Notes: generated by a model not told the origin, from the sequence alone. DNA of 57,450 nucleotides, filler included, from Sphacelaria rigidula (GCA_964200075.2; 6 parts of 6 records of this genome joined end to end with filler, not necessarily neighbours in it), one strand, 5' to 3'. Positions 1-11,967 are shown, counted from the first letter of the whole stretch. A program made the numbers and translations.

Positions 1-69
1 GGAATCGAACCCCACAACTCAACCACCAGAAGGTTACGAGGTTACCAACGGAGCCACCGGGGCGACCGG
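1..69 (-). mobile_element. 5' head of a tRNA-derived SINE, cut by the contig edge
   Basis: Reverse complement CCGGTCGCCCCGGTGGCTCCGTTGG...GGTTCGATTCC has A-box and B-box motifs and matches the heads of the copies at ~29780-29855 and ~55745-55822. Confidence 0.75.
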
Positions 70-74
70 CAGTA

Positions 75-395
75 TACTCGAGTAAAATACCCCAGTATTT
101 GCTCTACTTGATTTTTTAGTAGGTCGGGTACGGCCTCAGATACTACTCAAACTTTGAGTAGATTGAGTACGACCTCCACTACTCTACTCAAATATCGATT
201 ATCACTTGGGTATGACCTCAATACTCTACTCAAATGTTGAGTAAGTCGAGTACGACCTCAAGTACTTGACTCACATTTCGAGTAGATCGATTACGACCTC
301 CAATAATCTACTCAAAAGTTGAGTACTAAAGGTAGGAATCTTCGAAAATACTGAGTATTGAGTATACTCTACTCGACTCGCTCTTGCAAGTCTTC
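75..395. repeat. Degenerate tandem array of ~45-bp units rich in GAGTA/TACTC
   Basis: Units such as GAGTACGACCTC(A/C)A.TACTCTACTCAAA recur about 5-6 times. Confidence 0.6.
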
Positions 396-671
396 ATATA
401 TTATAGCTCGCAAAGCTATAGATTTTGGTTTCATGAATCGTTTTCAATCTCTCTGAAAACTGGGCCAGCCTCAAACGCGAATACCACGTGCTGCTCACAA
501 AAACGTTTCAGTTTCCCGACTCCGCCCGATGTAAGTATACAGCTGTGAACTTCAGGTCAACCTGCTGATGCACGAACTGCCGCAAAATATGAACATGGCG
601 AAAAAAATGTTCTACATGAGATACTACCTCAACAGGAACCAGATTCTGCGAGGGGTGGGGCTACGTATTTG

Positions 672-734
672 TCGAGATTCGAACTCGCAACCTTCGTAAC
701 TGAAAGTCACTTGTATCACTTGGACCACCGGGCC
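672..734 (-). pseudogene. tRNA-like remnant (tRNA pseudogene or SINE head)
   Basis: Reverse complement GGCCCGGTGGTCCAAGTG...GAGTTCGAATCTC has A-box and B-box; the acceptor stem is not convincing. Confidence 0.45.
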
Positions 735-3354
735 ACAGAGGTGTCACACAAAACATTGGATGCGCAATCCCATTTCAGGAATTCCGAGCGAAAATGTTGC
801 ACACCATGGACAATAGACCATAGGAAAGCGTGTACTGCGTGAAGTACCTTGATGAAGAACACTTTTTTGCCTCTGTTCAGGGTGGAAGCAGTGTTGATGG
901 CGCGTTTTTTCCAATTTCGCACACTGGATCTAGAATAGCACATTTTCTGGGTAAGAACACGAAGCATTACCTTTTCTAGACCAACGTCATTTCTTTGTAG
1001 ATGCCTCGGGACACCAAGCCGAGTCGCAGGTGGAATTGTGTTTCAGGTGCGTTAGGATCATTCGTTTCTGTCTGGAGGCCAACTTCATTGTCTTCCGGCA
1101 TTGTTCGTACTTTTTGTTGGGTCAATATTTGGCTGAGGTATCAGGTATACGTGTCTAACCTGCACTTTACCAAGGGACTTCGTTAAGGTGTGTTGCATTT
1201 GCTCCGGCGCCTGCCCATTTAGCCACATGTATGTATCCCGTGGTGCTAAGCATTCTGTTTCTGTCGGTTTTTATGTCCTTGACAACGTTTCTGTCGATAT
1301 ACATCCCTATGAAAATACGGAATATTGTCGAACCCAGTGTGACGTCACATGGCCAGCGCTCGCAGTATGTCGTATGTTTTGTTGGGTTGTGCACGTTTGC
1401 TGAACTGTTTCCAGTTACGCATTTCCATCACAGCACCTCTGCCGCTCGATAAGCATCGACATTGTCACAGATATGACGGCGATTATGCGCGTTCATGATG
1501 CACAAATTCCCGTTATCGTCCACCCTGCACACAGTGGACACTCGCCCAGTAGCGCTTTTAACGGAATCAATGTTGCTGCGGAGAAGCCAGCGTGTCCCAC
1601 CGACCGAGCTCTATCGCGCTCGTCAGTGGTCAATGGCTCGCCTTGCGCCCCCCGAAAGTCGGCCTCCCGTCTAACGAAATCGTTGTCCCCGCATCGCGCA
1701 GCGCATGTCGTGATGCAGCCCCCCCCTCTGCCGTAGCTTGATAAAGCTGCTGAGGAACCGCCGCTGCGGCTTCGCTGCTGTTGCTCGACGTCGGTGTCTT
1801 CCCTCCATTTAGGGCGTGTCTTAGGAATTTGTTTTTATCGAAAAAATGTGGTCGAATTGTTTTGCCGATCTCATGGATCCACCACATTTATGTTCCTTGA
1901 AGACTTTAACTCAAAACTACAATTAGCGGCGCGCGGAAAAGAATGCAAAGAGGTAACAAACAATCGTTTTCGATCGAAAACATGCGGTCGAATGGCACGA
2001 AGCGGCACTTGACTCCTCTCTTATAGATCACCACGCCAAATAACACCTGTTCACAGGACAATGCAAACTCCAACTCATTCTCAGCTACCACCGCAACCCT
2101 GCAGCGTAGAGCACGAGTGGAGCACAGGGATAGATACACTGCAGTGGTCGGGTGTACTTTGTTTACACTTTGTTGGCGAAAACTTGCACATCTTCTCTCA
2201 TTGTAGGCATTAGCGACGAACCTGCGTGGTACGGTGGGCAACCGAGTTTTGTGCACGTTCATGGACAGTGCAGGTAGTACAAAGCTGCACGTTGCTGAAG
2301 TCCTTTTCACGTCGCATTGTAAGCAGAAAGAACTGATAGACCTGGGTTGTCTGCAGTGCATGCTGCCCGCTTCTCCTTTATACCCTCCTACACGAAACAC
2401 GCACTCAAGATACCGTGCTTGCAAGCAGTCCAGGCAGTACAGACGGTCTGTACTGTACACGAGTAACCATGTGCCATTTCACGAATTTCACCGTCTTTTT
2501 TGGATCGGACGCTTGAAAATCCATCTGCACCCAACTGCATCAAAACGAGAGAATTTCACTCAGATCGATTCCACCGCCCCATTTTTTCGATCGAAAAAAA
2601 GTGCGAAGACAGGCCCCTAGCGACGAACAGGACGAGGACATGATGGAAGCTTTGAGGCGGACCACGGCCGCCGCTTTTTTGCCGCTCCCTCGTCCCCTCC
2701 ATTCTCTTCCTCTTGGTGGGCGGGGTGTGAATTGATTTTGCCATTCACGGTCAGTTCCCCTGCCTGCACCACCGCAGGACGCGAATATATGTCATCGAAG
2801 CGACGTCTGAGCCTTGATGTGTTGGTGATCGCTTCACGCTCTCCTTCACGACGCGCTGGGCACACCTTCAGCCGTTAGCGATGCCACCCATGGCTGTCAT
2901 AGTGCTGACCCCTGTCCCGCCAGCTGACCGCTGACCTATTCATGCTTCGCCGATTTGTTGGCTCGTGGGCAATGATCAACGTATTCACCCCGTGTTGTGC
3001 CCGGCTGAGCCTTGGTCCGCTTCGCAGCATGTTTTTTACTCCGCCACGTCTCTCTCCACCCTGCTACTCTATGCTCGTGGTCTGCTCCAGTTTTTACTCG
3101 AGTATCCGGCCGTGCCTACGAATACATTACACCCTACGTTGCCTTTTCCACTTGACGTAGGATATCGGGGACATTCAGTCCCTATCCGTAAAACGCAGAT
3201 TCCGCTTCTCTCCGACCCCTCTCCCGTGTGGTTGAACGCAGGACTTACTGTAAAGTGTATGTATTATGGGGGTGTGACGGAGCATTGGGCAACGCCCGGT
3301 CGTGTTTTCTGCTTGCTTGTCTCGTAAACTTGTGCATCCCCTCTACACGTGCAG

Positions 3355-3489
3355 GGAAAGTACGATGAAAGCTTAGCGCTCTGCGAAAGGGCATTGACGA
3401 TTCGCACAAGAACGTTTGGTGAAAATCACGAATACACCGTCTCCATTAGGCGTCGCCTGGATGACATAAGAGGAGCGCAGGTTCGTTGA
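3355..3489 (+). CDS. Single 42-aa TPR exon (kinesin-light-chain/NB-ARC-TPR type), probably the last repeat
   Basis: Acceptor ...GTGCAG at 3354, then GKYDESLALCERALTIRTRTFGENHEYTVSIRRRLDDIRGAQ (exactly 126 nt, to 3480), then GTTCGT TGA (either a donor or VR-stop). Not in the ORF track. Confidence 0.8.
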   Translation, partial: GKYDESLALCERALTIRTRTFGENHEYTVSIRRRLDDIRGAQVR

Positions 3490-4205
3490 CGAGGCAAGGC
3501 CGTCGGAGGTATCGTAAGTTCACAAAGGATCCTGAATAATGAGATTGAGCACTCAAATGGCGTTGATGTCGCCTTCCTAAAAGTCACATTCTACGTGGAA
3601 CAATTTTGTAAAAACAACGGACTGAGGATACTCATTGTTAAACCTTCCCCCGGCTAGCCTTGTCGCGCGTTGCAGCTTTGGTGTCTGGTGTCTAAACCCA
3701 TAGGCACCTCCTTCGCACATTCGAAACGACTCTCACCAAGTGAGAGGAGAATGCTTTCATCGGCTTCTTTCGGGTTTCGTCGAAGATTATTCCGTTTGTT
3801 TTCGAGCTCTATCGAAATGATGAAAAAAGGAATAGTCTGATGAGAAGTAAAGTGCCGTTGTTGGTGCTTCGGAAAATCATCCCCGTTGCTAGAAGTACTT
3901 CATAGATCTAATAATACGAAATTCCATACGTGGGAAACTCTCTGCCCCTTGCGAATTTTCCTAGGACTCGACAACTCCGGGCACCATCGTCTTCCAAGAT
4001 GTGGGAATCCGATGAAAAGCGCCTTTTCTCGCTCGATGAGAGCCGTTTCGAATGTACGAAGGATAGAGCTCGGAAACGGTTTGTCTAACCCTTAACCAGT
4101 TACATTGTCACGTGTAGGGCAACTGTTAACCAATTGAATGATACGAATGGTTTGGGCATCGAGCGGCGCAGCCGCGAGCCAAAAAGCCCCCCCTCTTCCC
4201 CCCCC

Positions 4206-4282
4206 CCGGCTCCGTCTCGAAAGGGATGCGTGGTCAATGGTCACACGACTAAGGCAAGCAACAAATGAGTACGCCCCCCCCC
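4206..4282 (+). mobile_element. Very short 3' tail of a non-LTR (LINE-like) element inserted between C-tracts
   Basis: GGCTCCGTCTCGAAAGGGATGCGTGGTCAATGG...AAGGCAAGCAACAAATGAGTACGCCCCCCCCC matches the 3' end of the longer LINE fragment at 9860-10265. Another copy lies at ~33468-33543. Confidence 0.7.
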
Positions 4283-7059
4283 GGCAGAGGGGGCCCCGTG
4301 CCGGAGGCACGTTTTTCCGCGATTTGGCTTCACTAGAGCTAAAAATACGTTAAATTTGGGGCAATATTTAAGGGCTGTATGTAGCGTACGTAGCCGATAA
4401 CGGTAAATAATGGTTAGAAACCACTATCCAACACTTTTTTGTGATCATTACCATTATTACTGTTACGTCGGAGTATAATTTCAATGGCCAGTTAAATCTG
4501 GTACCATTTTCGAGCACTAACAAAAGGAGATAATATATGGTTTCGGACGCCGGAGCGACAATGCGCGACAAGCTAGGGAAAGTTTCAACAGACAAATATA
4601 TTCCGGGAGTTTTTGTTTTTGCAGAGCAACGTTTCACGTGAAATGCGACTTTTCGAAAGGCGACCTCAAGTCATTTGAGTGTTGAACATCATTTCTCAGG
4701 AGCCTTTACTAGACTAATGCCGAGATAGTCCCCCCACAAAATTTGCACCGGAGGCCATCCGATAAACCGGCTGCGATCCCACGATTGGACTCGTTTGCAG
4801 CAATTTGGCCCACATGATGGGCGTGTAGCAGTCCGAAACCAGCTCCAACACCAAAATGAGTTGCGTCGTGCAGCACAAAACCAGCTCTAACGGCATTCAT
4901 GACCATCACCTCCGTGCACGTTGTGGGCCGGTTCGGGGGGGGGGCTATCTCGGCAGCAGTCACTAGTTGTGGCCCAATATTTCCCGTCGATAAATGCCTT
5001 CAAGGAGCCACGGGAGCACTGATCCTTGATTAAAGAAACTATTGGGTGTTGCTAGGTCTCACCAGTCCAACAGCGCTCGAAAATGGTTGTGTGAAACATG
5101 TCGTCAACCGAACAATGCCATATCTCCAAAACTGGACATCATAACGTTCCTCTTCGCAGGTTGCATCGAATGCTTCAGTGTAGTTCAAGGGAAGATCAAG
5201 ACGGGCGCTGCAAACACGGGTGTTGACGCCAGCAACAGTCGCGAATGTCTTGCTGGTCTTCGTACATTGGCTCCCGGTGTTCAGCCACTTGGAAGCGGGA
5301 AAGCCCTGGTATCGAAAGGAAGGAAATCAGGTCACGGCAAAGTGTGAAGAGACCGGATTCAAGAGAGCGTCGCTATGTCCTGAGCATGTTTTGCGGGGGG
5401 GGGTGTCACCGTGTACCCTCAATTCACGTGCCTCCGGAAAGCGCGTCGTCAAAAAGTATAAACGGCGCTCCGACGTGAGATATAGATGTGGTCGACAAGC
5501 GTCACGAGTTTCAGGGATTCGGTGTCGGCATGGGTTTGCGCCGTTCCGGTACAAGCGTGGGAGGAGCTACTGTGAGCTTTGGCAACATGCTGGGATAGAA
5601 CAATACACACCCTGGACAGTGGTCACGAAGAATAGTCCATTGCTTCAGTTCCAATTTTAAAATTAGTTGCTGTCTCAGGCCATTCCAGATTCGGCATTGA
5701 ATTTCTGTGACAGAAGAACAAGCAAAACATTTCGAGAACTTAAAAAAAAACAAGCAGAACTGTTTAATAACTGATCAAAACGTGGCACCATTATCTGGAG
5801 TACGGGGTACTACACTGACCACAACACAATTCTGCAGTGGTATGTGGAGTACAGAGTACTACACTGAACACAAGACAACACAGAAGTTCTGCAGTGTTTT
5901 TTAGTTTCAGAACCTGACGACGGACTGTATACAGTATGCATCAGCTTTTCTTGTTGCAAAATTAATAGTGTCCAGCTGCTGCTGCTGTACTACTACGACA
6001 ACACAGCAATATTGTTTTCAGGATATGTAGTCAAACGAACAAGGCGCTTCCCACCCCCATCATTTCTATGCTGTTGTTGTCGCTGTGCTGTTGTGCATTT
6101 GAACACTCTACGACGAACATGGTGTGATGTGCGCTGGAGAGTGCCTGAACAGTTGTAGTGCTGCATGCGGTGTTTCGGTAAGGAGTGATGCTACGGTAGG
6201 GTTGCAGTTTTTGAGCGAATATGTTTCTCGGGGTGTTGCACGGATCAATTTGGGAATCGGCATCATTTTCACTTGAAAAAGACTGAAAATGATGCCGATT
6301 CACGAAAAGGCCTCTGTGTGCATTTCCATGTCCTGTCCCCGGAGATTTGGGTTTCACAGTAATCCCCATATATTTGGGCTCCTACAAAAACGAGGCCCAT
6401 AAATAGAAAGTGCAACCCCTGTATCGTAGCACTGCTCTAAGCACACAAGTGGGGTGAGATCAAAGTGCTGTACACTAGCTACAGTCTGTACACAAAGGTG
6501 AAACGGTGAAACGATCACGTGACGAGTGTGCAGCGGTCTGTTGCGTCTCCGTCCGTACTTCAGCTATGGTCGGGTGCTGGGATCGGCGAAGACACGCAAG
6601 GCGGACGCGTGCACCTTGGGGTAACCAAACTGAGACAGCACGGAGCTGCTCTATCCCAAGCGTTTGATGACAGGAGCTGTCTGCCTTAATGTCCCATGTA
6701 ATAGTTCTCCCCCTCATTTCTGCGTGGGTTGTTCCGTTACTGTCGTGTCGTTCAAATCTGCTGCGTGGGCTCCAGATTTCAAAAAGCGACGCAGCATCGG
6801 TCATTCCAATTTTCAAATTGGTTGTTGTCTCAGGCTATTCCAGATTCGGCATTGGATTTCTGTGACGCATTGGATTTCTGCGACGCATAGACACCCACCA
6901 CTCACGCGCATTGTTCAAGCGCTAGCTCATCATCTACACAAGACAGCCTTTGTTTGACGGAAATCCGTCCAGTATTGGATGAAAGGCGATCCCGTGCATA
7001 AGGTGCGTGGGCGTTGTAGCACGATTGAAACGCAGACCGTTTCTCCCGTGAGGAAACAC

Positions 7060-7061
<2 letters not shown>

Positions 7062-7092
<31 letters not shown>
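7062..7092 (+). repeat. (CAG)n microsatellite
   Basis: About 10 CAG units. Confidence 0.9.
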
Positions 7093-7093
<1 letters not shown>

Positions 7094-7249
7094 GTATCGG
7101 CACCGGCTGATTTAGATCCACCCCCAGCCGCGTACATCTACTGGCAGTAAAGATGCTGCTGATACTACTGCTGTTGCTTCTCCTCCTTCTCGTGCGGAAC
7201 GCGGTCCGCGTTTCGACCTGCGACAATACCCATACCCCCTTGCGCGTGA

Positions 7250-9493
7250 TTGCCGTCCAAGGGGTACAGTAACACGGCAGCACCGCTCACGGACTTGCTG
7301 CGTGACCCGCGGTTCGCTTCCAAGCGAGCGCGGAGGATGAAGATTCCGTGTGGGGAACAGCAGCAACAAGCATTCCTAGACTTGAAGAGCGCCCTGATGT
7401 CATATCCAACCTTGGCGTACTCGGATTGGAATGAACGGTTCGTGCTACACTCAGACGCTTCCGAGTTCGCGGCAGGGGCCGCCCTGTCCCAGGAGGCGGA
7501 TGAGAGGGAATGGGTCATCGAATACGCTCGTCATGGATGGTCGCGGGCAGATGAAGAAAGATCAGCATCAGAGAGAGAAGTAGTCGCTGTTTTGTGGTTC
7601 GTGGAACGATTCAAATCGTGCCTATGGGGGCGAGAGTTTACGCTGGTCATGGATTGCAGTGCGTTGACATGGCTGTTTCGTAGTCAGAACTTGTCGCCTA
7701 AGTTCCACCGGTGGGCGCTAAGATTGATGGAGTATGATATGGTCCTCAAGTGGAGAGCTGGACGCGAACACCAGTTGCCGGGCGCCCTGTCTCGGTTGCA
7801 AGGGAGCCAACCCCGGGGAAGTGACGTTGACGTGTCATTCCCTGACGATGATACCGAAGCTGGACCCGGCGGACGAGGAGGATCGCAAGGACCCAAACTG
7901 AACGGGATGTTACTGAAGGAGTTGGAGGCTGAGTACCCGAAGGAATCCGCGGATGTGATGGCATTGGCGTTGGAGGAGGTCAACGCGTTGTATCCACCGG
8001 AAACGAGGGACGGGGTTGACTCAGAGAACCCTGTGACAAGACCGGTTAAGCAACGACCCCCCGCTTTGATTGTTCATTGTGGAGGCGGGGGAAGCATTCT
8101 TGCCGTGGAGACGCTCTTGGAGGTGGTAGCAACTACTGATGAAAATTGGAAGGCGCTGGATTGTGTCAGAATAAACCAAATTGGGAAGGGAGTCAAGCTG
8201 GTACGTACGACTCCAGGACGCCCTTCTTTCCACAATCTGGTGGAAGAAGTGCAACCAGAAATGCTGGTAGAAGATACGAGTAGGGCTGCTTCCGTTGATA
8301 AAAGTGCGGGAGAGTTGGAATCCGCAGATGGTGTCCGAGAATTGGTCGAGTCGTTCCTCTCCTGCGTCTCGACGACAACGCTGATCTTGGAAAGTACGGG
8401 GGTGATGGTACACTCTCCGGGTTGGACGGAGAGGGTGGCTCCGTTGCTGAACAGAGCCGGTTGCTGCGTCGAGCAGGCTTCTATCTCGTGCAGGTGGGTG
8501 CCCCGTACAGGAGGCGACGGACCTATGTAGTCGCTCTGAAGGCTGGTCGGCTGGTGGAAGAATCACTGCGCGCATGGAGGCAGCGAGTGGAAGCGTATGC
8601 TGTTCCCTGCCCCCCGTTGGGCCAGCTCTTGGGGCGGACTGGCACCTATTTCTTAGAGCCGACGGGGCAAGGCAAGGCTATTCATAATTTCGAGGATCCG
8701 ATGCCCAGGTTAACTCGTTCTCGACTGATGAGAGGGAAACCTCGGCTCGAAGAACTTACACCCCACAGGGCGGACGCAGGGGTATGGGAGGAAGCAGTAG
8801 AGTTGGAAAGAGTCGACTCCGTGAGAGTCGCGACCACCCTCAACCACTACGAGACTCCACCAACGGTGAACCCCGATGCTATGCTAGATATTGTGGCTAG
8901 TTTCGTTCATCCGTGGATGTTAGGGGCAGTCCTATCAAGCTTGGGAGTAGAAGATTTGTTGAGCTTGACTCGGATTAGGAGTGAGGGCGTAGGTTTAAGT
9001 GAACTAGCGGCGATATGGCCGCACGAGGATGAGTTGCCAGAGACGTGGGGAGCCGCAGTAACTCGCTCGTCGGTTCCCGAAGCGGAACATAAGTCGGACC
9101 AGGACTCTGGTGGGGGGGAGGCCTCGGCTGAGGAACCAGTACCAGGTGAAGGTAACCCTAGAACCGTTCTCGAACAAACGCGGGCGATCCTGATGAACAA
9201 AGCACAACTCGTTTTATTACAAGAGCGGGACTTCCGTCTGGGACCCATCAAGGACAGGTTGAGAAAGGAGTCTAAGGATGAAGGAGTTAGCAAGAGGCAG
9301 GATGCGTTCGTGCTAGATGAGAATGATATTCTATGGTACACCTCCCCTAAGGAGCCAGCCAAGTTAGCTATCCCACGCAGCCTAGTGCCAGGGCTGCTGG
9401 CGTGGGTGCATACTACGTATGGGCACGCTGGAGTAATGAGGACGACTTCATTAAACAACAAATTGTGCGAATTGAGGTTTAACTTCGAGATGA
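7250..9493 (+). mobile_element. Ty3/Gypsy LTR-retrotransposon pol fragment: RT connection, RNase H, methyltransferase-like insert, start of integrase; frameshift near 8487
   Basis: YSNTAAPLTDLLR...AFLDLKSALMSYPTLAYSDWNERFVLHSDASEFAAGAALSQ...EREVVAVLWFVERFKSCLWGREFTLVMDCSALTWL...RWALRLMEYD...ALSRL is Gypsy RNase H. LAIPRSLVPGLLAWVHTTYGHAG is the first half of the integrase H2C2 zinc finger. 5'-truncated and incomplete at the contig end. Confidence 0.92.
8063..8950 (+). pseudogene. C5-cytosine DNA methyltransferase-like domain inside Gypsy pol, catalytic motifs degenerate
   Basis: Motif order I (LIVHCGGGGSILAV), II (EVVATTDENWKAL), IV position (PEMLVEDTS, no PC), VI (LILEST), VIII (QVGAPYRRRRTYVVA), a TRD-like segment, then IX/X (IVASFVHPWMLGAVLSSL). 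Confidence 0.7.
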
Positions 9494-9593
9494 NNNNNNN
9501 NNNNNNNNNNNNNNNNNNNNNNNNNNNNNNNNNNNNNTTAATTAATTAANNNNNNNNNNNNNNNNNNNNNNNNNNNNNNNNNNNNNNNNNNNN
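9494..9593. other. Artificial contig linker (also 19086-19185, 28678-28777, 38270-38369, 47861-47960)
   Basis: The same 100-nt N-TTAATTAATTAA-N six-frame-stop spacer separates pieces of 9493/9492/9492/9492/9491/9490 bp. Confidence 0.98.
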
Positions 9594-9860
9594 AATGGTC
9601 AAATGACATAATAGGGCAAGCGACAAGTGAGTACACCCCCCCCCCCAAATCCAACTGTGATGAGGCGATTCCTTGACTGACACTTGCGGGAATTTGTCCC
9701 TTCCATGTGGTGATGTGGTGGTTCCCACATAACGGCCCAATGGGCTACGTGAAAAAGTCGAAATTACGATTTTCGGATGGGGGTACCTGGACGTACCAGA
9801 AAGGAGATGTGATCAATAGTCATCAATAGTCATCAATAGTCATCAATAGTCATCAATAGT

Positions 9861-10266
9861 CGGGTGGATGAGGTGGTAGATGTTGCACAGCAATAGAGAG
9901 GAAAACTCATACAGTGGCAGAATGTGAACTCTACAAGGAGGAGCGGGACATGTTGGAGGGAGAACTGTGGGAAGGAAACGAAGGTGGCATGGCATCGTTT
10001 GGTACGTTATTAGACAGTAGGGAGAAAGCGATGGCTATATAGACTACAGTACTAGGAGATAGATGGTGGCCACGGACGGCGAAACAGAAAGGAGATAAAA
10101 TACGTGAAAGGTTTTTGTGTAAGGTGTGGAAGATACGTAATTAACGCCCACGTGTTGCAGGTGTCTATATTAGGAGTAGAAACAGGGCTCCGTCTCGGAA
10201 GGGATGCGTGGTCAACAGTCAAACTACGAAGGCAAGCAACAAATGATTACTCCCCCGCCCCCCCCG
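9861..10266 (+). mobile_element. 3' end of a decayed non-LTR retrotransposon (ORF2 C-terminus plus C-rich tail)
   Basis: Piecewise translation ERKTHTVAECELYKEERDMLEGEL...VLGDRWWPRTAKQKGDK...FLCKVWKIRN...APSRKGCVVNSQTTKASNK* has the E..H....C..Y...R half of the LINE C-terminal CCHC region, followed by a C-run. Confidence 0.7.
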
Positions 10267-11967
10267 CGTGCGCCCAAACCCCATTCGACCAATTACCTCG
10301 CGTCACGTTTGAACCGAGGAAGATTATCTATATCCCTCCCCTCCCTCCTCAAATCCATCTCGAGCAATACTTCTCATTATATGCTTTTTGTATGTATCAC
10401 ATATTGAACTTTGGACACCAAGTGACTTCTGGGGTGTGTCGAACTGCCGGAGAAACATCCCCCAGAGTCACAGTGCCCTGCCTCACCGTGGAAGTGCCGT
10501 CACCGTGCATTAAGGAACTGCATGTTTCCTCCGAACTTAAGACTACATTCTACCTACCCATGTGGATTGGATTTTTTGTCTGAATTATCGTGTTTTGGGG
10601 CATTTGAAACCGCTTATGGCTCCGAAAACAGAAAATATCACCACCACGTGTCTTGGACATGAGACATTGGACATTGGACACAGTGCATCGCCGCACAGAA
10701 AATAGTACAACATATAGCCCAATTGTCCAATTCGGTAGGCTCGAGGTTTGGAAATCGTTCACGAAACAATATCCTACCAGATATAAAAGTTACATTGAAT
10801 TGTACTGATATTTGCAACTCTTCCACATTACTTTGAAGTCTCCCATTGGATTTTCCAAGTCTCGGAGCCAAGCGAGTTGGACGAGTGGATTAGACCCACT
10901 CCTCTCAGTAAGGTGATATACATGGTGTCAGGTACACGTGGAGGTGATATTTTCTTTCTTTTTGGAGCCCAAAAACGAGGTCAAATGCCTCAAAACAATC
11001 AAACTTGAGAAAACATCTGGTTTCCATAGTGAGATGCTGTCCAACAAAATATCGTAGACCCCACTACTCCCGGTACGCTACAGCCGGCCAGTGCACCGAA
11101 GTGTTTACTGGGTATGTCGTTAGTGGCATCGTAAGCTGTTACAATTCCAGAGGAACAACTTGTGAGCAGAAAGAGGGAAAAATACGTGTTATTAGGCTAT
11201 TTATAAAAACATTTCGTTTGGCTATGTGTGACCTCCTGCTGGACCATAATAAGGTACTGATGCCAACTCACACTGTACAAAGGATTTTGAGTGATGCTAC
11301 TGTAGGGGTCGCACATTATTTGGGCCCAAATATCTCAAACAGGGGCTCCTAACGTCAGGAGCTACACGAAAATACGGGTCGGGACATTACCGTTTTCATC
11401 TCCATTCGGGATATCCCTTACCCATTGGAATGCTCTCACCTATTTCAAGCGTCATTTTTTGGGTGGGATGGGGGGCCCCTGACAACCCGAACCTCGGGGA
11501 AATATTTGTACACTCCTACCGTTGCACCACCCTTCTTCACTTTGGAGTTTGGAGAACTCGCGACACGTGAGGTTTTTTTCATTCAAGTCCAGTTTGTAGT
11601 GCTAGTTGGCATCAGCACATGAGGGTCCAGGACGACGAGCTTACCAATAAACGCGTTCAAGAAAGATTGACGACTGGGCATATATATTCGCAAGCATAAT
11701 TTTTTACGATGTAAACACATTTCTTCGAAAAAAAGAAGTCGGAGTAGTATCACGAGAATAAAGCAGCTAGTTTAAGAGCTGAAGCGTCGCCAAAACGATT
11801 GTTTTTCGCTAAAATGCTTAGTCGTGGCAGATGAGAGAGTGACATACGCAGCAGCAGTGTACAGCCGTGGGTACATACGGCAGTCGTCAGAACAAGCATG
11901 CTAAACCAGAGTCGTCTACAGAGCAAATTGCACGGGTTGGTTGACGAGGTAACGGCGTTTATTGTAC

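Noticed and set aside
716-2460. Cys-rich minus-strand ORFs as a transposase or nuclease remnant
   Set aside because: No motif could be recognised with confidence in any frame.
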